64,000 nt of DNA. Source: an uncultured Candidatus Saccharibacteria bacterium. GTDB lineage: Bacteria > Patescibacteriota > Saccharimonadia > Saccharimonadales > JACDBH01. The notes under the pieces were generated by a model. That model had not been told where the DNA came from, did no database searches, and saw only the letters and a program-made list of their open reading frames with translations. This document shows, one piece after another, positions 36,171 through 44,340 of the stretch. The stretch lies in NCBI GenBank assembly GCA_965231105.1, contig OZ246417.1:36094-100093 (forward strand). Reading direction: 5' to 3'. The position numbers were made by a program, and so were the translations under genes. Each line of letters starts with the position of its first letter. Position 1 is the stretch's first letter.

Positions 36171-36274
36171 GGCTTGGTAACTAATTAAGCAGGACGGAGC
36201 AAAATCCTCCTGGCGTATACCATGTAGGTTGCGACCGGGCTAGCACCGTACCGAAGAGAAAGGATTTATCACTC

Positions 36275-37006
36275 ATGGCTACGCAAGTAGACATTAAAGA
36301 ACTATTGCAAGCTGGCGCACATTTTGGTCACAAGACCAGTCGTTGGCACCCAAAAATGGCCCCATATATCCACAGCAAGCGTGGGGGAAGCCACATTATT
36401 GACCTTACCAAAACGGTCGAAAAGCTTGAAGAAGCATTAAGTTTCTTAAATCAAACTGCAGGTGCAGGCAAGCAAATCTTAATCGTTGGTACGAAGCGCC
36501 AGGCGTATGATATTGCCAAGAAACTTGCTGAAGACACCAACCAGCCTTACGTCGTTGAGCGTTGGCTTGGTGGCATGCTTACTAACCGCAACACTATTGG
36601 CGAACGTATCAAGCATTTAAAAGATCTTGAAGCAAAGATGGAAAGCGGCGAGCTTGCTCATAAATATAACAAGCTTGAAGTACAGCGCTTTCAAGAAGAA
36701 ATTGAAGCTATGAACCACCTATACGGTGGCGTAAAAGAAATGGCTCAAAAAGTTGGCGCAGTATTTGTTTTTGACCCAACTCACGATAAGAATGCAGTTG
36801 CCGAGGCCAAGAAGCTTGGCTTACCGATTATTGCTATTACCGATACAAACGCTGATCCTTCAGCTATTACGTACCCAATCCCATCAAATGATGATGCGAT
36901 CAAGACATTACAGCTTATTGCTGATTATGTAAAAGCAGCAATTGAAGATGGCGAGGCAAAGGCTAAAAAGCCAGCTGATAAAACTGAAAAGGTGGAGGAA
37001 AAATAA
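36275..37006 (+). CDS. rpsB: 30S ribosomal protein S2
   Basis: The motifs are LLQAGAHFGHKTSRWHPKM, IIDLTKT, ILIVGTKRQA, RWLGGMLTN and ITDTNADPS. Confidence 0.95.
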   Translation: MATQVDIKELLQAGAHFGHKTSRWHPKMAPYIHSKRGGSHIIDLTKTVEKLEEALSFLNQTAGAGKQILIVGTKRQAYDIAKKLAEDTNQPYVVERWLGGMLTNRNTIGERIKHLKDLEAKMESGELAHKYNKLEVQRFQEEIEAMNHLYGGVKEMAQKVGAVFVFDPTHDKNAVAEAKKLGLPIIAITDTNADPSAITYPIPSNDDAIKTLQLIADYVKAAIEDGEAKAKKPADKTEKVEEK

Positions 37007-37603
37007 ATGGCCGTATCAATCGAAGAAATTAAGCGATTAAAGGATCTCACGGGTGTAGGTCTTACTGATGCAAAAGCTGCGTTAGAAGAAGCAAAAGGGG
37101 ACTTTGATAAAGCACTTGAAGCTATGCGCAAGAAGGGTATGACTAAGGCTGAAAAGCGTGGTGAGCGTGAAGCTCGTCAAGGTCTTGTTGGTACATACAA
37201 CCACGATGGCCGTATTGGCGTTATCGTTGAAGTGAACTGCGAAACAGACTTTGTGGCTCGTAACGAAATCTTCCAGGATCTTGTAAAAGACATTGCCTTA
37301 CATATTGCTGCAACAAACCCAGAGTTTGTTTCTGTTGATGAGGTTCCTGCAGATGTTCGTGGTAAGGCTGAAGCTGAATTTACCGAAAAGGTAAAAGCTG
37401 AAGGTAAGCCAGATAATATTGTGCCAAACATTGTTGAAGGTATGCTAAAGAAACACTTTGCAGAAAAGTGCCTGCTTGATCAGCCGTTTGTGAAGAACCC
37501 AGATCAAACAGTTGGCGATTACGTAAAAGAACACAACGCGCGCTTAGGCGAGAATGTGGTTGTTCGTCGTTTTAGCCGTATTGCTCTCGGTGAAGTAGCA
37601 TAA
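37007..37603 (+). CDS. tsf: Elongation factor Ts (short form, 198 aa)
   Basis: The motifs are IKRLKDLTGVGLTDAKAALEEAKGDFDKALEAMRKKG (UBA-like N-terminus), VEVNCETDFVARN and IAATNP. It starts 1 nt after the rpsB stop. Confidence 0.9.
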   Translation: MAVSIEEIKRLKDLTGVGLTDAKAALEEAKGDFDKALEAMRKKGMTKAEKRGEREARQGLVGTYNHDGRIGVIVEVNCETDFVARNEIFQDLVKDIALHIAATNPEFVSVDEVPADVRGKAEAEFTEKVKAEGKPDNIVPNIVEGMLKKHFAEKCLLDQPFVKNPDQTVGDYVKEHNARLGENVVVRRFSRIALGEVA

Positions 37604-37605
37604 AT

Positions 37606-37914
37606 ATGCCTGAATTTTTCGAAGCAGACACCTGGTATCAGGATACTGAAAGAACGATTGCGTTCATTGCGCTTAAGGGCGCGAATGATAAGGTGCGCAA
37701 TCATAGCTCCACCACGACTTATGAAGTGATTAGTGGCAGTGGTCGTTTTGCTTTGCAGGAAGACATTGGCCTGCCTACACAAGTCTATCCCGTAAAGGCA
37801 GGAGCGGTGGTGCGTGTACCAAAAGGTACGATTTACCAGGATCAAGGTGATATGGTGATGATTGCAACAAGTTGTCCGCCGTTTGACCCAGGTGCAGTAG
37901 AAGTAATCAAATAA
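37606..37914 (+). CDS. Small cupin-like protein (102 aa), sitting where pyrH usually lies
   Basis: It starts 2 nt after the tsf stop. The pattern YEVISGSGRFAL....YPVKAGAVVRVPKGTIYQDQG.MVMI resembles a cupin beta-barrel core, but the metal-binding His residues are not evident. Confidence 0.55.
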   Translation: MPEFFEADTWYQDTERTIAFIALKGANDKVRNHSSTTTYEVISGSGRFALQEDIGLPTQVYPVKAGAVVRVPKGTIYQDQGDMVMIATSCPPFDPGAVEVIK

Positions 37915-37933
37915 AAACAAACAGGAGTGAGTT

Positions 37934-38182
37934 TTGGGAGAGGGTGGTAAAGCATGGGCTGATGTATGTAGTCCTTGTCCAGTGCGAAGACTTGATGATA
38001 TGGGTAGGTTCCAGGCGGCTTTAGCGCTCAAAGTGCTTCATAAGAATTTTCCTGAAGGGCTTCCCAATATCCCTGCTCAAGAATTGCAAGAACAGCAGCA
38101 ACTTACCGCGCTCGGTGATGACTGTATGAAGGCGGCAGTCTTTTGCATACAGCACTTTTTAAAAGGAGAGTGTAAACGGTAA
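37934..38182 (+). CDS. Hypothetical small protein (82 aa), TTG start
   Basis: GGAG at 37924-37927 lies 6 nt upstream of TTG 37934. The ORF fills an otherwise unusually long gap in this compact region and ends just before a TATAAT (38185-38190) upstream of frr. No motif is recognised. Confidence 0.4.
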   Translation: MGEGGKAWADVCSPCPVRRLDDMGRFQAALALKVLHKNFPEGLPNIPAQELQEQQQLTALGDDCMKAAVFCIQHFLKGECKR

Positions 38183-38225
38183 GTTATAATAGACATACAA
38201 TCGTAAGTAAAAGAGGTAGCACTGT

Positions 38226-38789
38226 ATGAACCCAGGCTCGGTTATCCCAGAAGCCGAAAGCAAATTTAAGAAGGCTGTTGAGCATTTTGAAGAAGAGCTC
38301 AAGAAGATTCGCACAGGCCGTGCACATCCCGGTATGCTCGACGGTATTATGGTTGAAGCTTACGGCGTCCAAATGCCGCTGATTCAGGTAGGCACGGTAA
38401 CAGCGCCCGAAGCACAGTTACTACAGATTTCACCGTTTGATCCTAATAATATCCAGGCTATTTCGTCGGCCATTCGTGATAATCCATCATTAGGACTTAA
38501 CCCAAGTGATGATGGCCGTGTCGTTCGTGTGCCTATTCCAGCGCTTACCGAAGAGCGTCGCAGAGAAATTGTGAAGCAGCTTGGCACAAAGGTAGAGGAC
38601 TGTAACATTGCTTTGCGCGGTGTGCGCCACGATGCTCTTGATGCGATTGATACGTTTAAAAAGAACAAAGAGCTAGGCGAGGATGAAGCGAAGCGCCTGA
38701 GCACCCAGGTTGAAGATCTTATGAATAAGCAGAAAGCGGCAGTCGACACAGCCTTTAAGGCAAAAGAAGCCGAAATTATGAAGATCTAA
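38226..38789 (+). CDS. frr: Ribosome recycling factor
   Basis: The motifs are FEEELKKIRTGRAHPGMLD, GLNPSDDGRVVRVPIPALTEERRREIVK and LRGVRHDA. The length is 187 aa. Confidence 0.95.
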   Translation: MNPGSVIPEAESKFKKAVEHFEEELKKIRTGRAHPGMLDGIMVEAYGVQMPLIQVGTVTAPEAQLLQISPFDPNNIQAISSAIRDNPSLGLNPSDDGRVVRVPIPALTEERRREIVKQLGTKVEDCNIALRGVRHDALDAIDTFKKNKELGEDEAKRLSTQVEDLMNKQKAAVDTAFKAKEAEIMKI

Positions 38790-38804
38790 AGGGGCATAAG
38801 TACC

Positions 38805-39506
38805 GTGTCGTCTGGAACTGATATAGCAATGCCGCAACATGTGGGGCTTATATTAGATGGCAATCGCCGATGGGCAAAAGAGCAGGGGCTGCCAGTTTTT
38901 GAAGGACACAGGCAAGGTGTACAGACACTAAAAGAGGTTGTCCGTTACGGTTTTCAAAGCGGCATTCAATATATCTCTGCCTATGTCTTCTCAACTGAAA
39001 ACTGGAATCGTACCAAGGATGAAGTGAGCTTTTTAATGTCCCTACTACTCCGGGTACTTGATGAAGAGCTTAAAGAACTCGAAGATGAAGGCGTACGGGT
39101 GTTGGTTATTGGATCACGCACGAGACTAAGCAAAAAAGTCCTAAAGGCAATTGAGCGAGCTGAAGCACGCACAAAAGATAATCAAAAAGGAGTCCTTGCA
39201 CTCTGTGTTAATTACGGCGGACAGTTAGAGTTAGTCGATGCAATGAAACAGATTGCTGAAGAAAAAATACCTGCAGAAAATATTACTAGCGAACTAATTT
39301 CATCCTATCTCTATGCACCCGAAGTCCCGCCAATTGATCTGGTAATTCGTACTTCCGGTGAGCATCGCCTGAGTAACTTTATGCTGTGGCGTAGTGCTTA
39401 TAGCGAACTTATTTTTACGAACACATTATGGCCGGCTTTTACGGTTGCCGATTTCCAGGAAGCGCTGAAAGAATTTAATCGGCGTCAGCGTCGTTTCGGC
39501 GCTTAA
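38805..39506 (+). CDS. uppS: Undecaprenyl (isoprenyl) diphosphate synthase
   Basis: It uses a GTG start. The motifs are HVGLILDGNRRWAKEQG, YVFSTENWNR, IRTSGEHRLSNFMLWRSAYSEL and RRFG. Confidence 0.9.
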   Translation: MSSGTDIAMPQHVGLILDGNRRWAKEQGLPVFEGHRQGVQTLKEVVRYGFQSGIQYISAYVFSTENWNRTKDEVSFLMSLLLRVLDEELKELEDEGVRVLVIGSRTRLSKKVLKAIERAEARTKDNQKGVLALCVNYGGQLELVDAMKQIAEEKIPAENITSELISSYLYAPEVPPIDLVIRTSGEHRLSNFMLWRSAYSELIFTNTLWPAFTVADFQEALKEFNRRQRRFGA

Positions 39507-39528
39507 AATACGGTATACTACTCTTTAC

Positions 39529-40674
39529 ATGGTCTGGCTCTACTTTATTTTTGGAATTCTCATGTTTATTGCACTCGTCGTGGTGCATGAGTGGGGTCAC
39601 TATATTGCCGCCCGTCGGAACGGTATTGAAGTCGAAGAATTTGGAATAGGCTTTCCACCTCGCGCTAAGATTCTTAGGAAGCGTCGGGGTACGATCTTTT
39701 CGCTCAACTGGCTGCCTTTGGGCGGTTTTGTGAAGCTAAAGGGCGAACATGATGCCGATAAGGAAAAGGGTAGCTTTGGGGCTGCCAGTACCAAAGCAAA
39801 AATCAAGGTCATGCTTGCCGGTGTAGGCATGAACCTGATTGCTGCTCTTTTATTATTCACAGTTGTTGCGGTGATTGGCATGCCGAAGCTTGTAAATAAC
39901 CAATTTACGGTTGCAAGCGATACCAAGATTATCCAAGAAGTCGAGAATAAGGGCGTTGTGAAGATTGGTCGGCTCGTAGAAAACGCTCCGGCGGCTACCG
40001 CAGGACTGTTGCCAGAAGATCAAATTCTTACTATTGGGGATAAAACAATTGATTCACCCGATAAGCTAACCGAGGCAACCGAGCACTATGCCGGCGAAAC
40101 GGTCACTATACAGATTAGGCGAGGGGAAGAGTTTAAGAGCGTAACGGCCACCCTGAATCAAACGTCTCCATATTTAGGAGTGGCACCGTATTCCGCTGAG
40201 ACTGGGTTTGAAGTTCGCCGCTCAACGTGGTCTGCGCCCATTGTCGCTGTAGGTGTCACGAAAGACTTTACCGTTGCGACATTCAAGGGTCTGGGCACGG
40301 CATTAAAGGGACTTGGCTCGCTTATTGCTGGAACTCTCACAGGGAACCGTGAAGCTCGTCAGGCAGGGCAAGCCGAAGCAAGCGGACAGGTTTCAGGACC
40401 GGTCGGCATATTTAAGGTCTTATTCGAGATTTCAAAGCAGGGCTTTGGTCTGGTGCTATTTATCATTGCTATTATTTCGCTCACGCTTGCTATTATGAAT
40501 GTTCTACCAATTCCGGCACTAGATGGAGGAAGATTATTTGTAACACTTTTCTACCGTCTCATTAAAAAGCCGCTCAGCCAAACAACTGAGGAGCGAATCC
40601 ATGGTACTGGTTTTGCCGTACTCATGCTCTTATTTGTGGTCATTACCGTTGTCGATGTACGGAGATTTTGGTAG
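39529..40674 (+). CDS. rseP: Site-2 (M50) intramembrane zinc metalloprotease RseP/RasP
   Basis: The HExxH motif reads VVHEWGHYIAARRNG. A central PDZ-like segment is present (PAATAGLLPEDQILTIGD), and the C-terminal motif is NVLPIPALDGG. A TATACT at 39514-39519 lies 9 nt before the ATG. Confidence 0.85.
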   Translation: MVWLYFIFGILMFIALVVVHEWGHYIAARRNGIEVEEFGIGFPPRAKILRKRRGTIFSLNWLPLGGFVKLKGEHDADKEKGSFGAASTKAKIKVMLAGVGMNLIAALLLFTVVAVIGMPKLVNNQFTVASDTKIIQEVENKGVVKIGRLVENAPAATAGLLPEDQILTIGDKTIDSPDKLTEATEHYAGETVTIQIRRGEEFKSVTATLNQTSPYLGVAPYSAETGFEVRRSTWSAPIVAVGVTKDFTVATFKGLGTALKGLGSLIAGTLTGNREARQAGQAEASGQVSGPVGIFKVLFEISKQGFGLVLFIIAIISLTLAIMNVLPIPALDGGRLFVTLFYRLIKKPLSQTTEERIHGTGFAVLMLLFVVITVVDVRRFW

Positions 40675-41447
40675 TGAATAAGCCGGCAGTGAATCCGGTT
40701 GAGAAACGCCAATTTTATCGCCGGGATCCCATCACAACCATTGCATTAATTGTTGTCGTATTTCTTGCGAGCCAACTTGTTGCGGGCTTGCTTGTGGCGC
40801 TCTACCCAGCATTGAGAAGCTGGACAGCAGATGAGGGAACGGCCTGGCTTCAAACGTCTGTTTTGGCGCAGTTTATCTACATTGCTATCGCTGAATTAAC
40901 CGCAATATGGCTCGTCTTAAAGCTTCTCCGACGAGCTAAGATTACAAGAAAGCGAATTGGTCTTGTTCGCCCTGTTATAAAAGACGTTGGCCGGGCACTT
41001 GCTGGGTATGGGGTCTATTTTCTTGCCTATATTGTGATTATCACCATAGCTACTAATATCAGTAACTTCATTGATGTTGAGCAGTCTCAAAATATTGGTT
41101 TTGAAGCGGCTGCATCGCCAGAACAGCTATTTTTAGTATTTTTATCACTTGTTATCTTGCCGCCAATTGCCGAAGAAATTATGTTTAGGGGGTTTCTCTT
41201 TACAAGCCTCCGGGCTAAATATCGTTTCCGCTATGCAGCTGTCATAACGAGTATCTTATTTGGTATTGCCCACCTGCAATTTGGTAGCGGAGCACCACTC
41301 TTATGGGTAGCAGCGATTGATACCTTCGTGCTCTCCTGTGTTTTGTGTTACTTACGCGAAAAGTCCGGCAGTCTTTGGCCTAGTATATTTTTGCATGCGC
41401 TTAAGAATGGTATCGCTTTTACTATTTTATTTCACGATCGATTCTGA
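40668..41447 (+). CDS. CPBP (CAAX/Abi) family intramembrane protease-like protein
   Basis: The motifs are PPIAEEIMFRGFLF (EExxxR), FGIAHL and FLHALKN. The start is uncertain: it could be TTG 40668 or GTG 40674, and both overlap the rseP stop. Confidence 0.75.
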   Translation: MVVNKPAVNPVEKRQFYRRDPITTIALIVVVFLASQLVAGLLVALYPALRSWTADEGTAWLQTSVLAQFIYIAIAELTAIWLVLKLLRRAKITRKRIGLVRPVIKDVGRALAGYGVYFLAYIVIITIATNISNFIDVEQSQNIGFEAAASPEQLFLVFLSLVILPPIAEEIMFRGFLFTSLRAKYRFRYAAVITSILFGIAHLQFGSGAPLLWVAAIDTFVLSCVLCYLREKSGSLWPSIFLHALKNGIAFTILFHDRF

Positions 41448-41599
41448 TAGAGAGAATGGCATATGAGCTTCGTACTCTCTCTGATACAATAACCACTAAT
41501 GTGTAAAGTTGCTTCTTTCCTGCAAACGCCGCATAGCGGTATGTAAAATCTTTTAAACGTACCTTTTATATTGATTTAACGAGAGAGAAATGAGTAAAC

Positions 41600-42850
41600 A
41601 TGAAAGTTTCCCAACTTTTTACCAAAACCAAAAAAGAAGTGCCTGCGGATGAAACCAGCAAGAACGCACAGCTGCTTATTCGTGCAGGCTATGTGTATAA
41701 AGAAATGGCAGGGGCGTATGCCTATTTGCCGCTTGGACTTCGGGTTGTAGAGAACATCAAGCAAATTGTGCGGGAAGAAATGGATGCCGTACGTTCAAAC
41801 GAGCTTATTATGACAGGTCTACAACGCAAGGAGATTTGGGAGACAACCGGACGCTGGGACGACAAAGTGGTTGATATTTGGTTCAAGACTAAATTGCAGG
41901 ATGAGACTGAAGTCGGTCTGGGCTGGAGTCATGAAGAGCCTATCGTTGAAATGCTCAAAGCTTATATTCACAGCTATAAAGATTTACCTGTTAGCTTGTA
42001 TCAGTTCCAAACCAAAATGCGCAATGAATTGCGCGCTAAGAGTGGAATTATGCGTGGGCGTGAGTTTGTGATGAAGGACATGTACTCGTTCCATACGAGT
42101 GCCGAAGAGCTGGAAAAATACTACAACGAAACGATAGAAGCCTATAAACGGGTATTTGAACGGCTCGGGCTGGGTGGTGATACCTATGTGACCTTTGCAA
42201 GCGGCGGAGCTTTTACAAAATTCAGTCACGAGTTCCAGACTATCTGTGAAGCAGGTGAGGATGTTATTTATCTTCATCGCGGGAAAAATATTGCCGTGAA
42301 CGAAGAAGTCATTGAAGATGCCATAAAAGAACTGGGCATTAATCGCGATGAATTAGAAAAAGTTAAAACAGCAGAAGTCGGTAATATTTTTAATTTTGGT
42401 TCACAGAAAACTGATGACATGGGGCTTATGTTCGCCGATCAGAACGGCGAACAAGCGTCTATATTTATGGGTAGTTATGGTATCGGCGTTACCCGTGTGA
42501 TGGGAGTCATCGTTGAGAAGTTTGCTGACGATAAGGGAATTGTCTGGCCAGTTAATATTGCACCGTATAAGGTGTATCTTGCACGCTTAGGCGAGGACGA
42601 TGCGGTGGTCTCTGCTGCAGATAAGCTCTATAAAGAATTGACTGAAGCGGGCATTTCTATGCTCTACGATGATCGTGATGTGCGTGCGGGCGAAAAGTTT
42701 GCCGATGCCGATCTCCTCGGTATCCCATATCGAGTTGTGGTAAGCGCAAAGACACATGAACATGGTACTTTTGAAGTAAAAGGGCGCACCGAAGAGGAAG
42801 CTCAAATGCTTCCTCTGGATGACCTCAAGCAATTACTTGCGAAAATGTAG
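41600..42850 (+). CDS. proS: Prolyl-tRNA synthetase, bacterial-type but lacking the INS editing domain (416 aa)
   Basis: The bacterial-type N-terminus is MKVSQLFTKTKKEVPADETSKNAQLLIRAGYV. Motif 2 is FQTKMRNELRAKSGIMRGREFVMKDMYSF and motif 3 is GSYGIGVTRV. Only about 30 aa (NIAVNEEVIEDAIKELGINRDELEKVKTAEVGNIF) lie between motifs 2 and 3, where E. coli-type enzymes carry an INS domain of about 180 aa. Confidence 0.9.
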   Translation: MKVSQLFTKTKKEVPADETSKNAQLLIRAGYVYKEMAGAYAYLPLGLRVVENIKQIVREEMDAVRSNELIMTGLQRKEIWETTGRWDDKVVDIWFKTKLQDETEVGLGWSHEEPIVEMLKAYIHSYKDLPVSLYQFQTKMRNELRAKSGIMRGREFVMKDMYSFHTSAEELEKYYNETIEAYKRVFERLGLGGDTYVTFASGGAFTKFSHEFQTICEAGEDVIYLHRGKNIAVNEEVIEDAIKELGINRDELEKVKTAEVGNIFNFGSQKTDDMGLMFADQNGEQASIFMGSYGIGVTRVMGVIVEKFADDKGIVWPVNIAPYKVYLARLGEDDAVVSAADKLYKELTEAGISMLYDDRDVRAGEKFADADLLGIPYRVVVSAKTHEHGTFEVKGRTEEEAQMLPLDDLKQLLAKM

Positions 42851-42875
42851 GACACTGGTATACTGCAGGTATACA

Positions 42876-42906
42876 GCTGGCAACACTTACGCCAGCGGTT
42901 TTTTTA
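42876..42906 (+). terminator. Rho-independent terminator after proS
   Basis: The stem is gctggc-aacacttac-gccagc (6 bp), followed by gg and seven T (42899-42905). Confidence 0.65.
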
Positions 42907-42930
42907 CTCTCGAATTAAGGGGACAATATA

Positions 42931-43392
42931 ATGAAGAAACAATTTTACTTAACTGACGAAGGTCGTAAAGAACTACAAGACGAGCTTGATACATTACTGG
43001 CAAATCGCAGCGTTATTGCTGAAGAGATTGCTACTGCTCGCTCCCAAGGTGACTTGGCTGAGAACGCTGAATATCATGCTGCAAAAGAAGAGCAGGGGCG
43101 CCAAGAAGCACGTATTGAAGAGATTGAGCATATCCTTCAGAACGCTGAAGTTATCAAGGCTCCTAAGGGCGATAGCAAGGTGCAACTGGGTTCGACTGTG
43201 ACCCTCAAAAGCGAAGATGGTAAGACCAAAGAGTTCCAGGTAGTCGGTACCGTTGAGGCTGACCCGTTAAATGGCAAGATTAGTGATGAATCTCCTATCG
43301 GCAAGGCATTGATGGGTAAAAAAGAAGGCGAAGAAGTCGAGATTAAGACTCCTATCGAGACCCTTACCTACAAAATTGCCGATATAGCATAA
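42931..43392 (+). CDS. greA: Transcription elongation factor GreA
   Basis: The sequence is LTDEGRKELQDELD...ARSQGDLAENAEYHAAKEEQG (coiled-coil tip), with a C-terminal FKBP-like domain containing SPIGKALMGKKEGEEVEI. Confidence 0.9.
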   Translation: MKKQFYLTDEGRKELQDELDTLLANRSVIAEEIATARSQGDLAENAEYHAAKEEQGRQEARIEEIEHILQNAEVIKAPKGDSKVQLGSTVTLKSEDGKTKEFQVVGTVEADPLNGKISDESPIGKALMGKKEGEEVEIKTPIETLTYKIADIA

Positions 43393-43449
43393 GTATTTTA
43401 TTGCTCCTTTCCTTATCGTATACTTACAGCATTACTAAGGAGGGAAGTG

Positions 43450-43734
43450 ATGAGCGAATGTCCATGGGCTAAAGAAGTAGCGAACGACAACAGTCCTTTA
43501 TATACGGGTAAGGATATGGATACCGACGTGAATACAGCGCTGATGGAGGTGATCAAAAACGACGAGGTTGATCTTGATTCGCTGGATGTGGTGGAGGCTG
43601 GAATGATCGTGGAAACGAGTCCAAAGGCACAGAGCGAACTCAAGGATGCATTGGCGGCCTGTGCCTGCAATGGCAGTGGTTGTTCGGTAGTGCTAGCTAT
43701 TGAAAAGATTAGCAACTACAAAGACGAGTATTAA
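43450..43734 (+). CDS. Hypothetical acidic small protein (about 94 aa)
   Basis: The SD aaggaggg lies upstream. I prefer ATG 43450; the track starts at GTG 43447. The protein contains CACNGSGCS. No family is recognised. Confidence 0.6.
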   Translation: MSECPWAKEVANDNSPLYTGKDMDTDVNTALMEVIKNDEVDLDSLDVVEAGMIVETSPKAQSELKDALAACACNGSGCSVVLAIEKISNYKDEY

Positions 43735-43860
43735 ACTTCAATCATTACCTAAAACGTGTGGTACAATAACTTTGCTATGAGCACTATTCACTCAATGAAT
43801 AAGAAGACAACCCAGGCATCTGCCGTGGCTTCTTCATAGCGTCGCTAGAAATATGAACAA

Positions 43861-43896
43861 GAACCCTCGGCAGTACGCCGGGGGTTCTTTATTTTT
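43861..43896 (+). terminator. Strong rho-independent terminator
   Basis: The stem is gaaccctcggc-agtac-gccgggggttc (11 bp including one G-U pair, with a 5-nt loop), followed by tttatttttgg. Confidence 0.7.
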
Positions 43897-43979
43897 GGCG
43901 TTAAAAAGGAAAGGAGCACCATGAAGCGGTCACATATTACTTAGGAAAAGATAAGAATTAACGAAAAAGGAGAATTATA

Positions 43980-44327
43980 ATGCGTGGAATAACTTTTATT
44001 GGACCAGGACCATTACCGAGCGAGATAAGTGAGCTCTATGTGCCCGATGCACCACCGCCGCAATTTCGAGAACGATATGAAGGAGAGTATAGCGATGTAT
44101 ATAGGGCAAACGGGTATGAGCAAGTCTTTGGTGTATGGGTGCCGCAAGGGACATTTACCCTTCGGCAGCTTGCAATGCGTATAGAACCGTATGCATTTAT
44201 TGCCAAAGACTGTCTGTATGGACCATTAATTAACGAAGAAAAAGTTGTATTGGGTGGTTTTGCCTGGTGGCGTCAAAAGAGCGCTGAACCTGCGGAGCAG
44301 GTGAACACCCTGTTAAGAACGGCGTAA
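43980..44327 (+). CDS. Hypothetical protein (115 aa)
   Basis: The SD aaaggag lies 7 nt upstream. No motif is recognised. Confidence 0.6.
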   Translation: MRGITFIGPGPLPSEISELYVPDAPPPQFRERYEGEYSDVYRANGYEQVFGVWVPQGTFTLRQLAMRIEPYAFIAKDCLYGPLINEEKVVLGGFAWWRQKSAEPAEQVNTLLRTA

Positions 44328-44340
44328 ATAGGCTAGAATA

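Noticed and set aside
36150-36274. A tRNA or other RNA gene in the rpsB upstream gap; also checked 35713-35774, 43735-43979 and 5560-5912.
   Set aside because: No cloverleaf-compatible acceptor and T-arm pairs were seen, and no SRP-type GGAA/AGCA motifs. I report these regions only as candidate leaders or a small transcript.
37519-38031. A 170-aa minus-strand ORF spanning the tsf 3' end, the cupin-like gene and the orphan ORF.
   Set aside because: It is antisense to a confidently identified tsf and to tightly coupled downstream genes. Its sequence has no recognisable motif, so it is probably a shadow ORF.
41448-41599. A possible T-box riboswitch, or a tRNA, in the 152-nt region upstream of proS.
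   Set aside because: The region is too short for a T-box. I found no T-box consensus (AAnnnGGGTGGTACCGCG-like), no specifier-loop context and no tRNA T-arm (GGTTCGAATCC-like).
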